Shown: positions 40,202 through 51,706 of the stretch, piece by piece
How positions within the stretch are numbered: the stretch's first letter is position 1
How the letters are laid out: the number at the start of each line of letters is the position of its first letter
Source: Mobula hypostoma
Lineage: Eukaryota
Direction: 5' to 3'
NCBI RefSeq assembly: GCF_963921235.1
Contig: NC_086107.1
Coordinates: 113,524,001-113,588,000, forward strand
Length of the DNA stretch: 64,000 nucleotides
The notes under the pieces: model-generated
Databases searched by the model: none
What the model saw: the letters and a program-made list of their open reading frames with translations, nothing else
What the model was told of the DNA's origin: nothing
Translations under genes and position numbers: made by a program

Positions 40202-40239
40202 TAGTCGACGTTTCGGGCCGAAACCCTTCGTCAGGACTG
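40202..40239 (-). ncRNA. Minimal type-I hammerhead ribozyme motif, sense to the CSF2RB pre-mRNA
   Basis: Minus strand reads CAGUC-CUGACGA-A-GGGU(UUCG)GCCC-GAAA-CG-UC-GACUA; predicted cut between 40207 and 40206. Confidence 0.72.
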
Positions 40240-41212
40240 AAGGAAGAACTTTGGGGAGGGTTTGAAGAATGCTGGTAGTTGAAAAAAACGGTGATTTGAA
40301 AGACAAAGGGATGGGGGAGGGGAAGCATGGAGGTGATTGGCAGGAGAACAATGCGCAGTAGTAGGAGGCGGAACTATGAAGGAGGTGATGTGAAATAGGG
40401 ATAGAGGAAGGGAGGGGGAGGGAATTACTGGAAGTATTATCTTATGACTGTGGGAGGAAACTGGAGAACCCGGAGGAAACCTGTGCATTCCGCGGGGGGG
40501 GGGGAGGGGGGCGGACATACAGACTCCTTGCAGAGGATAACAGATTTGAATTCTGAACCCCTGACACCCCAAGCTTCAGTAGCATCGCAGTAGCATACCA
40601 CTGTCATAATATGATGCTGAAATCACTAAATAAACTTCCTTTGGAAGGAGAAAAGGACTGTGGGCTCCGGGTGTTCGTGGGCTGACAAGTCACCAGGTGA
40701 GTAACCTCTCTGAGATTCCACTCTGTCACTGATAAAGCAGTGGGTGCCCGTACTCAGGTCCAAAACAGTTGGCCTCAGTCACTTCGTCATTAGACGTAGG
40801 CGAGAGAGAGGAAACGGGAGCAGATTATTGACTACAGCAGGAGGAAAACGGAGGTTCACGAGCCGTCCTAATCAGGGGATCAGAGGTGGAGAAGGTTACT
40901 GACTTCGTGTGTGTTATCACTCGGAGGACATGCCCTGGGCCCAGCACATACGGAGAAAGTGCTGCAGCACCTCTACTCCCTCAGAAGTTTGCAGAGATTC
41001 AGCACGACGTTTAAAACTTTGACAAACTTTTACAGGTGTGTAGTGGAGAGCCTATTGACAGGCTGCATCACGGCCTGAATGGAAATGCCTTTGAACAGAA
41101 AATCCTACAAAAAGTAGTGGATACGGCCCGGTCAATCACGGACGAAGCCATCCCCACCACTGAACACATCCACGTGGAGGTGGAGTGTTGTTTTAGGAAA
41201 GTAACTTCCATC

Positions 41213-41775
41213 CCCTCTGTCCGCCACAACAGACAGGATCTCCCGGTAGCCACCCACTTCAACTCTGCTTCCCACTCCCATTCAGATATGTCCATACATG
41301 GCCTCCTCTACTGCCACGATGAGGCTAAACTCAGGTTGGAGGAGCAACACCTCATATACCGTCTAGGTAGTCTCCAGCCCCTTGGTATGAACATAGAGTT
41401 CTCCAACTTCCAGTAATTCCCTTCCCTTCCTTCCCCCTATCCCTATGTCACTCTGCCCCCTCCCCCAGCTGCCTATCACCTTCCTCATGGTTCCGCCTCC
41501 TTCTACTACCCATTGTGTTTTCCCCTATTCCTCCTTCACCTTTCCTGCCTATCCCCTCCCTGCCTCCCCTACCCCACCCCTTTATCTTTCCCCTTACTGG
41601 TTTTTCACCTGGAACCTACCAGCCTTCTCCTTCCCACCCTCCCGCATCTTCTTTATAGGGCCTCTGCCCCTTCCCTCTTCAGTCCTGACGAAGGGTTCCG
41701 GCCCGAAACGTCGACTGATCGTTTCCACGGATGCTGCCCGACCTGCTGAGTTCCCCCAGCGTGTTGTGAGTGTTG
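41213..41775 (+). mobile_element. Penelope-like element 3' fragment (GIY-YIG C-terminus plus terminal repeat) inserted in a Rex/Babar fragment
   Basis: PVATHFNSASHSHSDM...RLEEQHLIYRLGSLQPLGMN; flanking duplication CTTCCATC at 41205-41212 and 41776-41783. Confidence 0.85.
41680..41717 (+). ncRNA. Minimal type-I hammerhead ribozyme motif in a Penelope terminus
   Basis: CAGUC-CUGACGA-A-GGGU(UCCG)GCCC-GAAA-CG-UC-GACUG: 5-bp stem I, intact core, predicted cleavage after 41712. Confidence 0.75.
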
Positions 41776-43269
41776 CTTCCATCATCAGGGACCCTCCCTC
41801 CCCCACCACCACCCAGGACATGCTCTCTTCTCACTGATGCCATCAGGAAGAAGGTAACGGAGCCTCAGGACCCACACCGCCAGGCTCAGGAACAGTTATT
41901 ATCCCTCAACAATCAGGCTCCTGAACCAACGGGGATAACTTCACTCAACTTCACTCAACCATCAACACAGCCTCTGGACTCACTTTCAAGGTCACTTCAT
42001 CTCAAGTTCTCGATATTTATTGCTAATTTATTATTATTAATTCTTACTTTTTCTTTAGTATTTGCACAGTGTGTTGTCTTTTGTGCATTGGTTGTTTGTC
42101 TGTCCTGTAGGGTGCTGTCTTTCACTGATACTATTGCATTTCTTTGTTCTACTGTGAATGCCAGCAAGAAAATGAATCTCAGAGTGACATTTAATTTGAA
42201 CCTTGAACTTTGAGTATGTCCTTGTGGCTCTTTGAGCCACACCACTCCAACAACCCCACAATGCCGATTAACCCAAGCCTAATACAGAGGAGATGTCGGG
42301 GTAAGTTTTTTTATGCAGAGCGTGGTGAGTGCGTGGAATGGGCTGCCGGCAACGGTGGTGGAGGTGGATACGATGGAGTCTTTTAAGAGACTCCTGGATA
42401 GGTACACGGAGCTTAGTAAAATAGAGGGCTACGGGTAACCCTAGGTAATTTCTAAGTAAGTACATGTTCAGCACAGCATTGTGGGCCGAAGGGCCTGTAT
42501 TGTGCTGTAGGTTTTTTTCTATGTTTGTATGTTTCTATGTTTCTAATCACGGGGCAATTTACAAAGAACAATTAATCTACCCGGTGTGTCTAATTTACAA
42601 AGAACAATTAATCTGCCTGGTGTGTCTTTGGACTGTGGGAGGAACCCTGAGCACTTGGGGAAATCCCATACATTTCGAAGGGAGGATGTACGGAGACTCC
42701 CTACAGAGGGTGCGGGATTGAACTCTGATCCCCAGTGCCCCGAGCTGTAACAGTGTTGCGCCAATCACTACGCCACTGTGGCGCCTATTTATATACCGTG
42801 TATGCAACTGTATATCACATATACCATTCTGGTCACTGCTTTATAGGGAGGCTGTCGAGGATTTGGAGAGGGTGCAGAAGAGGTTTACCAGGAAGTTGCC
42901 TGGTTTAGAGAGTATGCGTTATCATGAAACGTTGGACAAACTGGGGGTTGTTTCTCTGGAGCACCGGAGGCTGAGGGGAGATCTGATAGAGGTTTATAAG
43001 ATTATGAGAGGCAAAGTTAGAGTAGACAGGGAGTATCTCTTTCCCAGGTTGGGAAAACCAGAGGGCATGCTTTGATGGTGAGAGGGGGTAATTTTAAAGG
43101 AGATGTGAGAGGCAGGTTTTCTTACAGAGGGTGGCTGGAATACGCTGCCTGGAATGTGGTAGAGGCAGAAACGTTTGGGACTTTAAGCGACGTGGACTTT
43201 CCCTTGGCAGCCTGGAGTCCCCACGCTGGATAAACCATGGGGTCCCCTGGTGCTTTGCAAGACTTTTAC

Positions 43270-43339
43270 CTGTGTTCCCAAGTGGAAGAGTTTACTCTTG
43301 GCAGGGTCCGGAATGCTTTCCAACCACAACCTCTTCTTC
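43270..43339 (-). CDS. CSF2RB: CSF2RB-like Box1 exon (RKKRLWLESIPDPAKSKLFHLGTQ)
   Basis: Acceptor ctttgcggcag and donor gtaaaa; 70 nt, phase 2 to 0. JAK-binding Box1 W-x-x-x-IPDP-x-KS (human WEEKIPNPSKS). Confidence 0.93.
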
Positions 43340-43691
43340 CTGCCGCAAAGAGAACAAAATAAAAACCATGATAAGAAGCTGGCGTTTGCAAGATCCATCA
43401 CTGCAGTCCAAGGAGTTACTGACATCATCACAGACATGGGCTGCTTGGTGCACCTACTCTGTCCTGCTGCTTATAGTCCTAGTGAGCATCTTCCGTGCTT
43501 TGATTGTGTTGTAAGGACTTACTTTTATTCTCTCTCTTCACTTTTGGTACTATTTATGTATTTTATCTTCTGTGTGATGTCTACACCTATAAAGAGTCAC
43601 AGACACAGGCCCTTTGGCCCATCTAGTCTGTGCCGAACTGTTATTCTGCCCAGTCCCTGCTCCTAGACCATTGCCTCCATACCCCTTCTAT

Positions 43692-44132
43692 ACATAGAAC
43701 ATAGAACAGTACAGCACAGTACAGGCCCTTCGGCCCACAATGTTGTGCCGACCCTCAGACCCTGCCTCCCATATAACCCCCCACCTTAAATTCCTCCATA
43801 TACCTGTCTAGTAGTCTCTTAAACTTCACTAGTGTATCTGCCTCCACCACTGACTCAGGCAGTGCATTCCACGCACCAACCACTCTCTGAGTAAAAAACC
43901 TTCCTCTAATATCCCCCTTGAAATTCCCACCCCCTCCCTTAAAGCCATGTCCTCTTGTATTGAGCAGTGGTGCCCTGGGAAAGAGGCGCTGCCTATCCAC
44001 TCTATCTATTCCTCTTATTATCTTGTACACCTCTATCATGTCTCCTCTCATCCTCCTCCTCTCCAAAGAGTAAAGCCCTAGCTCCCTTAATCTCTGATCA
44101 TAATCCATACTCTCTAAACCAGGCAGCATCCT
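43692..44132 (-). mobile_element. CR1 3' fragment with open C-terminal ORF
   Basis: LGLYSLERRRMRGDMIEVYK...FFTQRVVGAWNALP; octamer tail. Confidence 0.88.
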
Positions 44133-44939
44133 GACATGATGTCATTATGTTGCCTATCGTATGATGTAGGTGATCATGCTCTTTCCATAACCATGATCGT
44201 TCTTGGCAAATTTTCCTACAGAAGTAGTTTGCCATTGCCTTCTTCTGGATGTTGTCTTTACAAGACGGGTGACCCCAGCCATTAGTAACACTCTTCAGAG
44301 ATTGTCTGCCTGGCATCAGTGGTCGCATAACCAGGACTTGTGATGTGCACCAGCTGCCCATACGACCATCCTCCACCTGTTCCCATGGTTTCACGTGACC
44401 CTGAATGGGGGCGGGGGGTTAAGCAGGTGCTACACCTTGTCCAAGGGTGACCTGCAGGCTAGCAGAGGGAAGGAGCACCTCACACCTCCTCCGGTAGAGA
44501 CACATCTCCATCCCACCACTCTCCCATACATGTACTTATCCAAATTCTTTCAAACGTTGCAGTCAAACCCACACCCTCCAGCTGTTCCACACTAACATCA
44601 GCCTCTGAGTGAAGACACCGCCCTAAAATATTTCACCTTCCACCCTTAATCTATGACCTCTAATTCTAGTCTCACCCACCCTCAGTGGAAAAAGCCAGTT
44701 TGCATTTACCCTGTTTATAACCCTCATTTTATTGTGTGCCTCTATCAAATCTCCCCTCATTCTCCTACGCTCCAGGGAATAAAGTTCTAACCTACTCAGT
44801 CTTTCCCTATAGCTCAAGTCCTGGCAGCATCCTTGTAAATTTTCTCTGTACTCTTTCAATCTTACTGATATCTCCCCTGTAGGTAGGTGACCAAAATTGT
44901 TCAAAATGTACCAGATTTAGCTTCACCAATGTCTTATAC

Positions 44940-45612
44940 GCTACCTTGCGAAAGTCTTGAGCACATATACATAGCTCGGGTGCCTAAGACTTTTTGCACG
45001 GTACTGTATTTGTCGACGTGGAGCAGAGAGCGAGTTTGTGAATCTGGCTGGAGCGAAAGATGTTGGGAATGGCAAGGGTAGAGTGTCGCAGAAGGGGTGT
45101 GGGGCAGGTGGCAGAGTGGGGGTGCCGGGGGCAGTGGAGGTGGCAGTGTGGCACAGTTGCAAACACACCCAGCCCCGAGACACCAGGCAAGGTCATTTTA
45201 ATTCTAATGTTTTTCTGGCATTCACTCTTTGGGGTTTTTCCCTCTCTGTTTGGTGGATGTCTGCAAAGAGTAAGAATTTCAGGTTGTATACTGTATATAC
45301 TCTCTGATATTAAATTGAACCCTTGAACCATTGAATTGGTTTATTGATCATTACAGAATGCCTCTTGGTGCTTCCCGCTCCCTCCCCTCTCCCTTCCCCT
45401 TTTCCCAATCATGATTTCCCCCTTCCCACTGCCAGTCCACACTAGAGACCCAGATCAGAATCAGGTTTATCATCACTCACATACGTCATGAAATTTGGTT
45501 TTTTTTTTGTGGCAGCAGTACAGTGCAATACATAAAATTACTACAGTACCGTGCAGAAGTCTTAGGCACCCTAGCTATAGATATGTGCCTAAGACTAATA
45601 CACATTACTGTA
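44940..45612. mobile_element. Non-autonomous Tc1-like element; inverted partial copy at about 29335-29800
   Basis: Terminal repeats resembling CAGTACTGTGCAAAAGTCTTAGGCAC and a shared internal sequence. Confidence 0.6.
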
Positions 45613-45784
45613 TAATTCCAACATAACATCTCAACTCCTGTACTCAATGTCCATCATTTATGAAGGCCAACATGTCAAGAGTTCTCTGTCTACTTGTGAA
45701 GTCTGTGAAATGCCTGTGATTGTACCTCTGCCTCACCATTACTGTCCGTACGACAACCAACTTCACTTGAATTGGTGACATTAC

Positions 45785-45869
45785 CTTTTCACCTGCAGGA
45801 AGACGACGGGAGCAATGATGAAGAAAAGTGCTATCAGGCTGCAGGCCACAATAATGGGGATTTCCTTAT
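45785..45869 (-). CDS. CSF2RB: CSF2RB-like transmembrane exon (DKEIPIIVACSLIALFFIIAPVVFLQVKR)
   Basis: Acceptor tttccttag and donor gtaa; 85 nt, phase 1 to 2. About 22 hydrophobic residues followed by basic residues. Confidence 0.92.
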
Positions 45870-46485
45870 CTAAGGAAACAAGGAACACATTGTTCACCAC
45901 CGTGACGTTGTTAAGTAATACACAATCTGTACTGGCCAGGTGACGATAAACACAATCGTGTGGAAAAACAACGAACAATGTTTTTAATCAGGAAAACTCA
46001 GCAATGCCTCTACTTTCTGAGGGGGCTGAGAAGCTGGACTATGCACATTTATACTCACATCATTCTAAAGATGCGCTGAAGAGAACATCCTGCATCGTAC
46101 TGGGAACTGCATCTACAACTCTACAACAGGTACTCAAAACTGCCCAACGTATCACCGACATCAGTCTACCCACTATCATGGACATAAATACAGAAAGCTG
46201 CTGGGAAAGGGACAGTAACATCATGAAGGATCCCACCCACCCTGCTCATGGATTGTTTGTCCCACTCCTGTCAGGGAGGAGGCTACGTAGCCTCCACGCC
46301 AGGACCACCAGACTCAAAAACAGTTACTTTCCCCAAGCAGTGAGGCTGATCAACACCTCCACCCACTAACCCACCCCTCCACACCCACCCCCACCACTAC
46401 CCATTTCCTGTCAGTCACCCTATGTGCAGACACACTTGTGTCTAGTGTCACTTTATGGACATACAATCGATCAATGTGTATAATC

Positions 46486-46588
46486 CAGACATCCCACCTC
46501 TCCCGGAAGTTCCGGGAGTCTCCTGCATATTAATAGTGGCTCCCTGATGCCCGCAAGTTATATACAATATCACGGAAATCAATTTTTT

Positions 46589-46645
<57 letters not shown>

Positions 46646-46982
46646 TCTGCCATGGCAGAATGTTCCAAAAAAAAGAAAATATAAAACGTACGTCACCCCA
46701 GACTACACTAAAGTGTACCCCTGCCTAATAGGGGTCAAAAATAATGACAGTGTTGCGCACTGCACTGTTTGCAACAGTGACTTTTCTATTGCCCGTGGTA
46801 AGTTAAGACTGTAAAAGACATGTTGAGGTGAGTTTAACAGTCATTCGTTCATTAGCATAGCTAACGTTATTTAAACTAGCTGGCTGGCTGCTCAGGAGCT
46901 ACTCTATTGCAGACATCCCACCTCTCCCGGAAATTGATGCTGCTACCTCCCTGAAATGAGTTTTTGCAGGGTGGCATGTCTG
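46486..46982 (+). mobile_element. Deleted hAT element with zinc-finger remnant
   Basis: TIR CAGACATCCCACC...GGTGGCATGTCTG; AHCTVCNSDFSI remnant; contains (GA)n. Confidence 0.65.
46589..46645. repeat. (GA)n microsatellite
   Basis: Seen directly. Confidence 0.95.
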
Positions 46983-46993
46983 ATAACCTAATT

Positions 46994-48495
46994 CGGCGGT
47001 CCCCAACCACCGGGCTGCGAGGAAACGATAGGAGTCAGCTGCGCCTTTCCTCGTTCCCCGTCACGCAGTGTTGAGCCATTACGCACACAAGATCTTTACC
47101 CGAGTGTCATCCATGTCATCGCGGGAAGGAGATCAACTCCTCGAGCTTGTGACAACGGGCTGAAAAGTATGTTTGATATAACATCTCTGCCGGCATTCCG
47201 GATCAAAGTCAAGGCTAAATATCCTGAGATAGCCACGAAAGCACTGAAAACGTTGCTTCCATTTCCAACATATCTCGGCAATGAATGTAACGAAAACTAA
47301 ATTGCGGAACAGACTGGACATAAGGAACCCCCTTCGAGTATCGCTGTCTCCCATCACCCCTCGACGGCACCTTGTTGCAGGAAAACAAGCCCAGGGCTCC
47401 CACTGATTCAGCGATATTGGTGTGTTGCAATGATTTTATATGTTAATACAGGGAAAATATGTGCTGTGTGTTTAATATCCAAACATTACTTAAAATGTTA
47501 TGATGCTATTGACTTATAAGTGACGTATATAACCATATAACAATTACAGCACGGAAACAGACCATCTCGGCCCTTCTAGTTATACTCTATTCTTGGCTGG
47601 TGCAACTGTAACGAAACCCAATTTCCCTCGGGATCAATAAAGTATGACTATAGTCCGTGCCCAACGCTACTTCCACCTAGTCCCACTGACCTGCACTCAG
47701 CCCATAAACCTCCATCCCTTTCCTGTCCATATACCTATCCAATTTTTCTTCAAATGATAACATCGAACCTGCTTCTGCCACTTCTACTGGAAGTTCGTTC
47801 AACACTTACTTCCAGCTCCCTGGTCTTCCCCTGATAATTGACTTATCACTATATTCATGCGAGGAAAATATGCGCTGCGTGTTTAATGTTAAATTCGTTA
47901 GATAAACCCTTTTAGAAACGAAATTGAGTGTATTAGCCGTTTATCACCTATATTCCACTCGTGATTAACACCCTCCCCCCGAACAGAATCGCCAAAAACG
48001 ATTTATAGACAAAAATCAGCACGTACACGCATAGCGTTACGCATGCGCACTGGTGCCCGCGCAAGGCTTCATGGCCATTGTAGTCTTATTCCGGGTAACC
48101 ACAACTTATTGGACTGAAACAACAGGAATTCTGCAGATGCTGGAAATTCAAGCAACACACATCAAAGTTGCTGGTGAACGTAGCAGGCCAAGCAGCATCT
48201 CTAGGAAGAGGTGCAGTCGACGTATTTGACTGAGCCGCATCCTTCATCCTGACGAAGGGTTTCAGCCTGAAACGTCGACTGTACCTCTTCCTAGAGACGC
48301 TGCCTGGCCTGCTGCGTTCACCAGTGTTGCTTGAATTTCCAGCATCTGCAGAATTCCTGTTGTTTACGTATTTGACTGCTTCTCTTGTCCGTTAGCAACC
48401 CTACGCGCCCCCCCCCCCCACCGGGGTCAGCCAGTCCGCAAGAATATTGTCAATATTAAACCGGTCCGCAATGCAAAAAAGGTTGGGGACCCCTG
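46994..48495 (+). mobile_element. hAT-Charlie deleted element with nested insertions
   Basis: TIRs CGGCGGTCCCCAACC and GGTTGGGGACCCCTG; perfect 8-bp TSD ACCTAATT; dimerisation-domain remnant KYPEIATKALKTLLPFPT...QAQGSH. Confidence 0.88.
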
Positions 48496-48624
48496 ACCTA
48501 ATTTATGCATTTATATTTATTCTGTTTTTTATTATTGTGTTCTTTATCTTTTCTGTGTTTTTATGTGCAGCATCAGATCTGGAGTAACAATTATTTTATT
48601 CTCCTTCACAGTTGCGTACGGGAG

Positions 48625-49287
48625 ATGGAGAGGAGAAGATGGCGGCGCGACGCAGCTCACAGCGGCCTCTTCGGTGGTGATGTCTGTTATCTGTCAAGTA
48701 GGGGACCGTGCACAATTCTGATTTGATGGAGACGGACGTGAGAGTACGGAGGAACATCTGGAAAACTTCTGGAATGCCCGCTTTGCTGCCGCTGCTACTG
48801 TGTGGTAACCGGAATCTCCGGAGCTGAAGACCCCGAAATCCTCGGCTTTGCGTGTTTCAGCGGCCGGGGCGAGGTCGAAGGTGCTCGGCAGAGGATGGCG
48901 CTCGGGAGGCTGTATCGGAGAGGCTGGTCGGAAGCTTGGAGTTTTCGGACGGATGGTCTCAGGGTCGGCTGCTTCCAAGGCATCGGCAAGTTGACGGGGA
49001 GTTTCTCCCTTTTGCCGCCTGCTATCGGGGACTCGGGAGTCAATCAACTTGGGGACTTTTGAGACTTTTTCTACAGTGCCCGTAGTTTGTTCTTCATCAA
49101 ATTATGGTATTGCTTTGCACTGCTGTAACTATATGTTATAATTATGTGGTTCTGTCAGTGTTAGTCTTTGGTCTGTCCTGTTTTCTGTGATATCACTCTG
49201 GGGAAACATTGTATCATTTCTTAATGCATGTATGCATTTCTAAATGACAATAAAAAGAGGACTGAGTGTTCTCATAATCTAATCTAA
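48625..49287 (+). mobile_element. Non-autonomous retroelement with AAGATGGCG 5' end and (AATCT)n tail; relative at 22680-23285
   Basis: Two homologous CpG-rich copies ending AATAAAA...CATAATCTAATCTA; no ORF. Confidence 0.65.
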
Positions 49288-50357
49288 AAAAAAGACATTA
49301 AACAGTCTTGTATCTTACTATTTATATGAACCCAGATCTGTAGGGCTGTTCATGGAGTTTGCCTGCCTGTAAAAAGCACTCTGTTTAAAGCTCTATCACT
49401 GGAAGAACATGCCAAGTGTGAAGAGGGAATGATCCGAAGTCTCTGCAGAAATGCCACATCCCTACTGATTCCTGGGATCCCTCACCCCATGGCCAGGCAG
49501 AGTGGGGAAGGAGACTTAGGATGGATATTCCAGCATCAAGGTCACGAGCCAGTAAGCTGCAGGACCCACCTAGGCAGTGGAATGAGTCCACCCTGTCCGA
49601 GACCACTCAGCCCATCACGCATAGCATGTCCCCTCGCTCCGTGGAAGACTCTGTGGTCCCCGTACTGTCCCCATCAACCACTTCGTAATCTGGAGACTTG
49701 GCATGGAAGCAAGTCATTCTCAGTGGCAAGGGGCAGCAGAAGGAGAAGATTGGCAACGAACATAGCCCAAGGTTGTCTATCCTACACCCTGTTATACCCT
49801 TCCCTGTCAGAACCTTATTGCATTATTAGACCATACGACACAGGAGCAGAATTAAACCATTCGACCCATTGAATCTGCTCTGCCATTCCATCATGCCTGA
49901 TTTATTTTCCCTCTCAACCCCATTCTCTTGCCTTCTCCTCATAATCTTTGACGCCCTGGCTAATCAAGAACCTATCAACCTCCGCTTTAAATGTACTCAA
50001 TGACTTGGGCTCCACAGCTGCCCGTGGCAATGAATTCCACAGATTCACCACCCTCTAGTTAAAGAAATTCCTCCTCATCTCTTTTCCAAAGGAACATCCT
50101 TCTATTCTGAGGCTGAACCTTCTGGTCCCAGACTCCCCCACTATAGGCAACATCCTCTTCACGTCCATTCTGTCTAGGCCTTTCAATATTCTGAAAAGAC
50201 TTTGAAAGTCACTGTAGCCTGGGGAGGACTTTCGGGTCATCAAGGGAATGGCGGCGTAAGGAAAAGGTCTCTCGACAAAAAAGAAGGTAAACTGCCCCAA
50301 AATCGAATTTAGACAAATACTTAATATTGCATAACTATATTAATAAAAGGGGCAAGG

Positions 50358-51344
50358 ATGATGTCTAAGAACAAGAATAAAAAGTCCGCTCTGAAGGCTG
50401 ATAAACATAAAGAGATGCAGCAAGGCGAAGGGCCTAGCTCCCCCACGGCAAGCCAGGACGGAGATAATGAGGGGGAATCGGTGACTTTGTCTTTGATTCT
50501 CGGAGAGATTCGCGAGTTCCGACAAGATAACAGCAAACAGCTGGAAGATATTAAAGGAGAAATAGTAAAAACTAACTCGCGGATAGATGAAGCCGAAGTG
50601 AGGATTGTTGGAATTGAAGAGAAGCTACAAAATGCCGAGGAAGTGATAGCAGAAATGCTGAAGCTACAAGACCAACTCCAGTGGAAACTAATAGATCAAG
50701 AAGGCCGCTCGAGAAGGGAAAATGTGAGGATCTACGGAGTTCCCGAAGGAACCGAAGGTAAACCCGGATTGATGATTCCCTTCGTGGAGAAGCTGCTTAG
50801 AGAGAACCTTGATATACCGGCCGCAAAAGACCTACAGATAGAAAGGGCTCACCGTGCGTTGGCACCACAGTCTCCGGCAGGCACCCAGCCCAGATCGATT
50901 CTGATCAGATTTCTCAGTTACAGAACGAAGGAAGAGGTGCTTAAAAGAGCATGGCAAAAGAAAGGTTTCATGTGGAACAACTGCAAAATCAGTTTAGACC
51001 ACAACTACGCACCGGGGATTCTTGCCGGACGGAAAGAATATACGGAAACACGGAGAGTCCTGAAGGAAAACAACATCAGATTCCAGACCCTGTATCGAGC
51101 TCGGCTGAGAGTCTTTTACTACGAAGGGACAAAAACTTACGCTACGGTGGAGGAGGCAACGTCGGACCTGGCGGACCGGGGACTACCTATTAAAGTTATC
51201 ACCCAACCGGAGTCGCTACTGGAGAGGATTCGGCAGAAGTCGTGGCAGTTAGTGGGGCGAGGACGCTCCACTCGAACCAGTGTGTCAAACTACAAGGAAA
51301 AGCTGCAAATATTCAGACGCGAATGTACAGAGAATACGGATTAA
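50358..51344 (+). CDS. L1 ORF1p (coiled coil plus RRM/Transposase_22-type domain), intact, 328 aa
   Basis: Motifs EGRSRRENVRIYGVPE, IERAHR and PRSILIRFL are typical of L1 ORF1. Confidence 0.9.
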   Translation: MMSKNKNKKSALKADKHKEMQQGEGPSSPTASQDGDNEGESVTLSLILGEIREFRQDNSKQLEDIKGEIVKTNSRIDEAEVRIVGIEEKLQNAEEVIAEMLKLQDQLQWKLIDQEGRSRRENVRIYGVPEGTEGKPGLMIPFVEKLLRENLDIPAAKDLQIERAHRALAPQSPAGTQPRSILIRFLSYRTKEEVLKRAWQKKGFMWNNCKISLDHNYAPGILAGRKEYTETRRVLKENNIRFQTLYRARLRVFYYEGTKTYATVEEATSDLADRGLPIKVITQPESLLERIRQKSWQLVGRGRSTRTSVSNYKEKLQIFRRECTENTD

Positions 51345-51706
51345 TTAAGAGAAATGACTGAAAAGAGTAAATCGGACTTAAAAGTAAAATGAAAACTGGT
51401 AACTGAAAATAATCTAGGCGGAATAACTTGAATGATAGCAATATGGTCGAGACATAAATAGGAGAAAATTCTCTATGATTACTCAAACTGCTGAGGGCCC
51501 TCTAACACAGGGTGAAGATAGAGGTTATCCCTCTGAACTGAGGCGGGTCGGTGCTCAGGCCTCACTGTGGGAAGTCGGGGAAAATTTTCAAATGTTATAC
51601 GTTCAGAAATGTCTAGGGTGTGGTTATATGTCTTGGTTTACTGTTGAGAAGGGATTGCTTACTGTTTGGTTAGAAAAGGAGAGTGCTTTTTTTCTACTAG
51701 AGAAAA

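Noticed and set aside
40690..40705. Perfect plus-strand donor CAG/GTGAGT suggesting an antisense exon
   Set aside because: A single motif without a supportable acceptor or start; expected by chance.
44150..44400. Ribozyme in the RTE-tail-like repeat (also about 4005-4215)
   Set aside because: It has helices and CUGA-like words, but no complete hammerhead or HDV core could be assembled.
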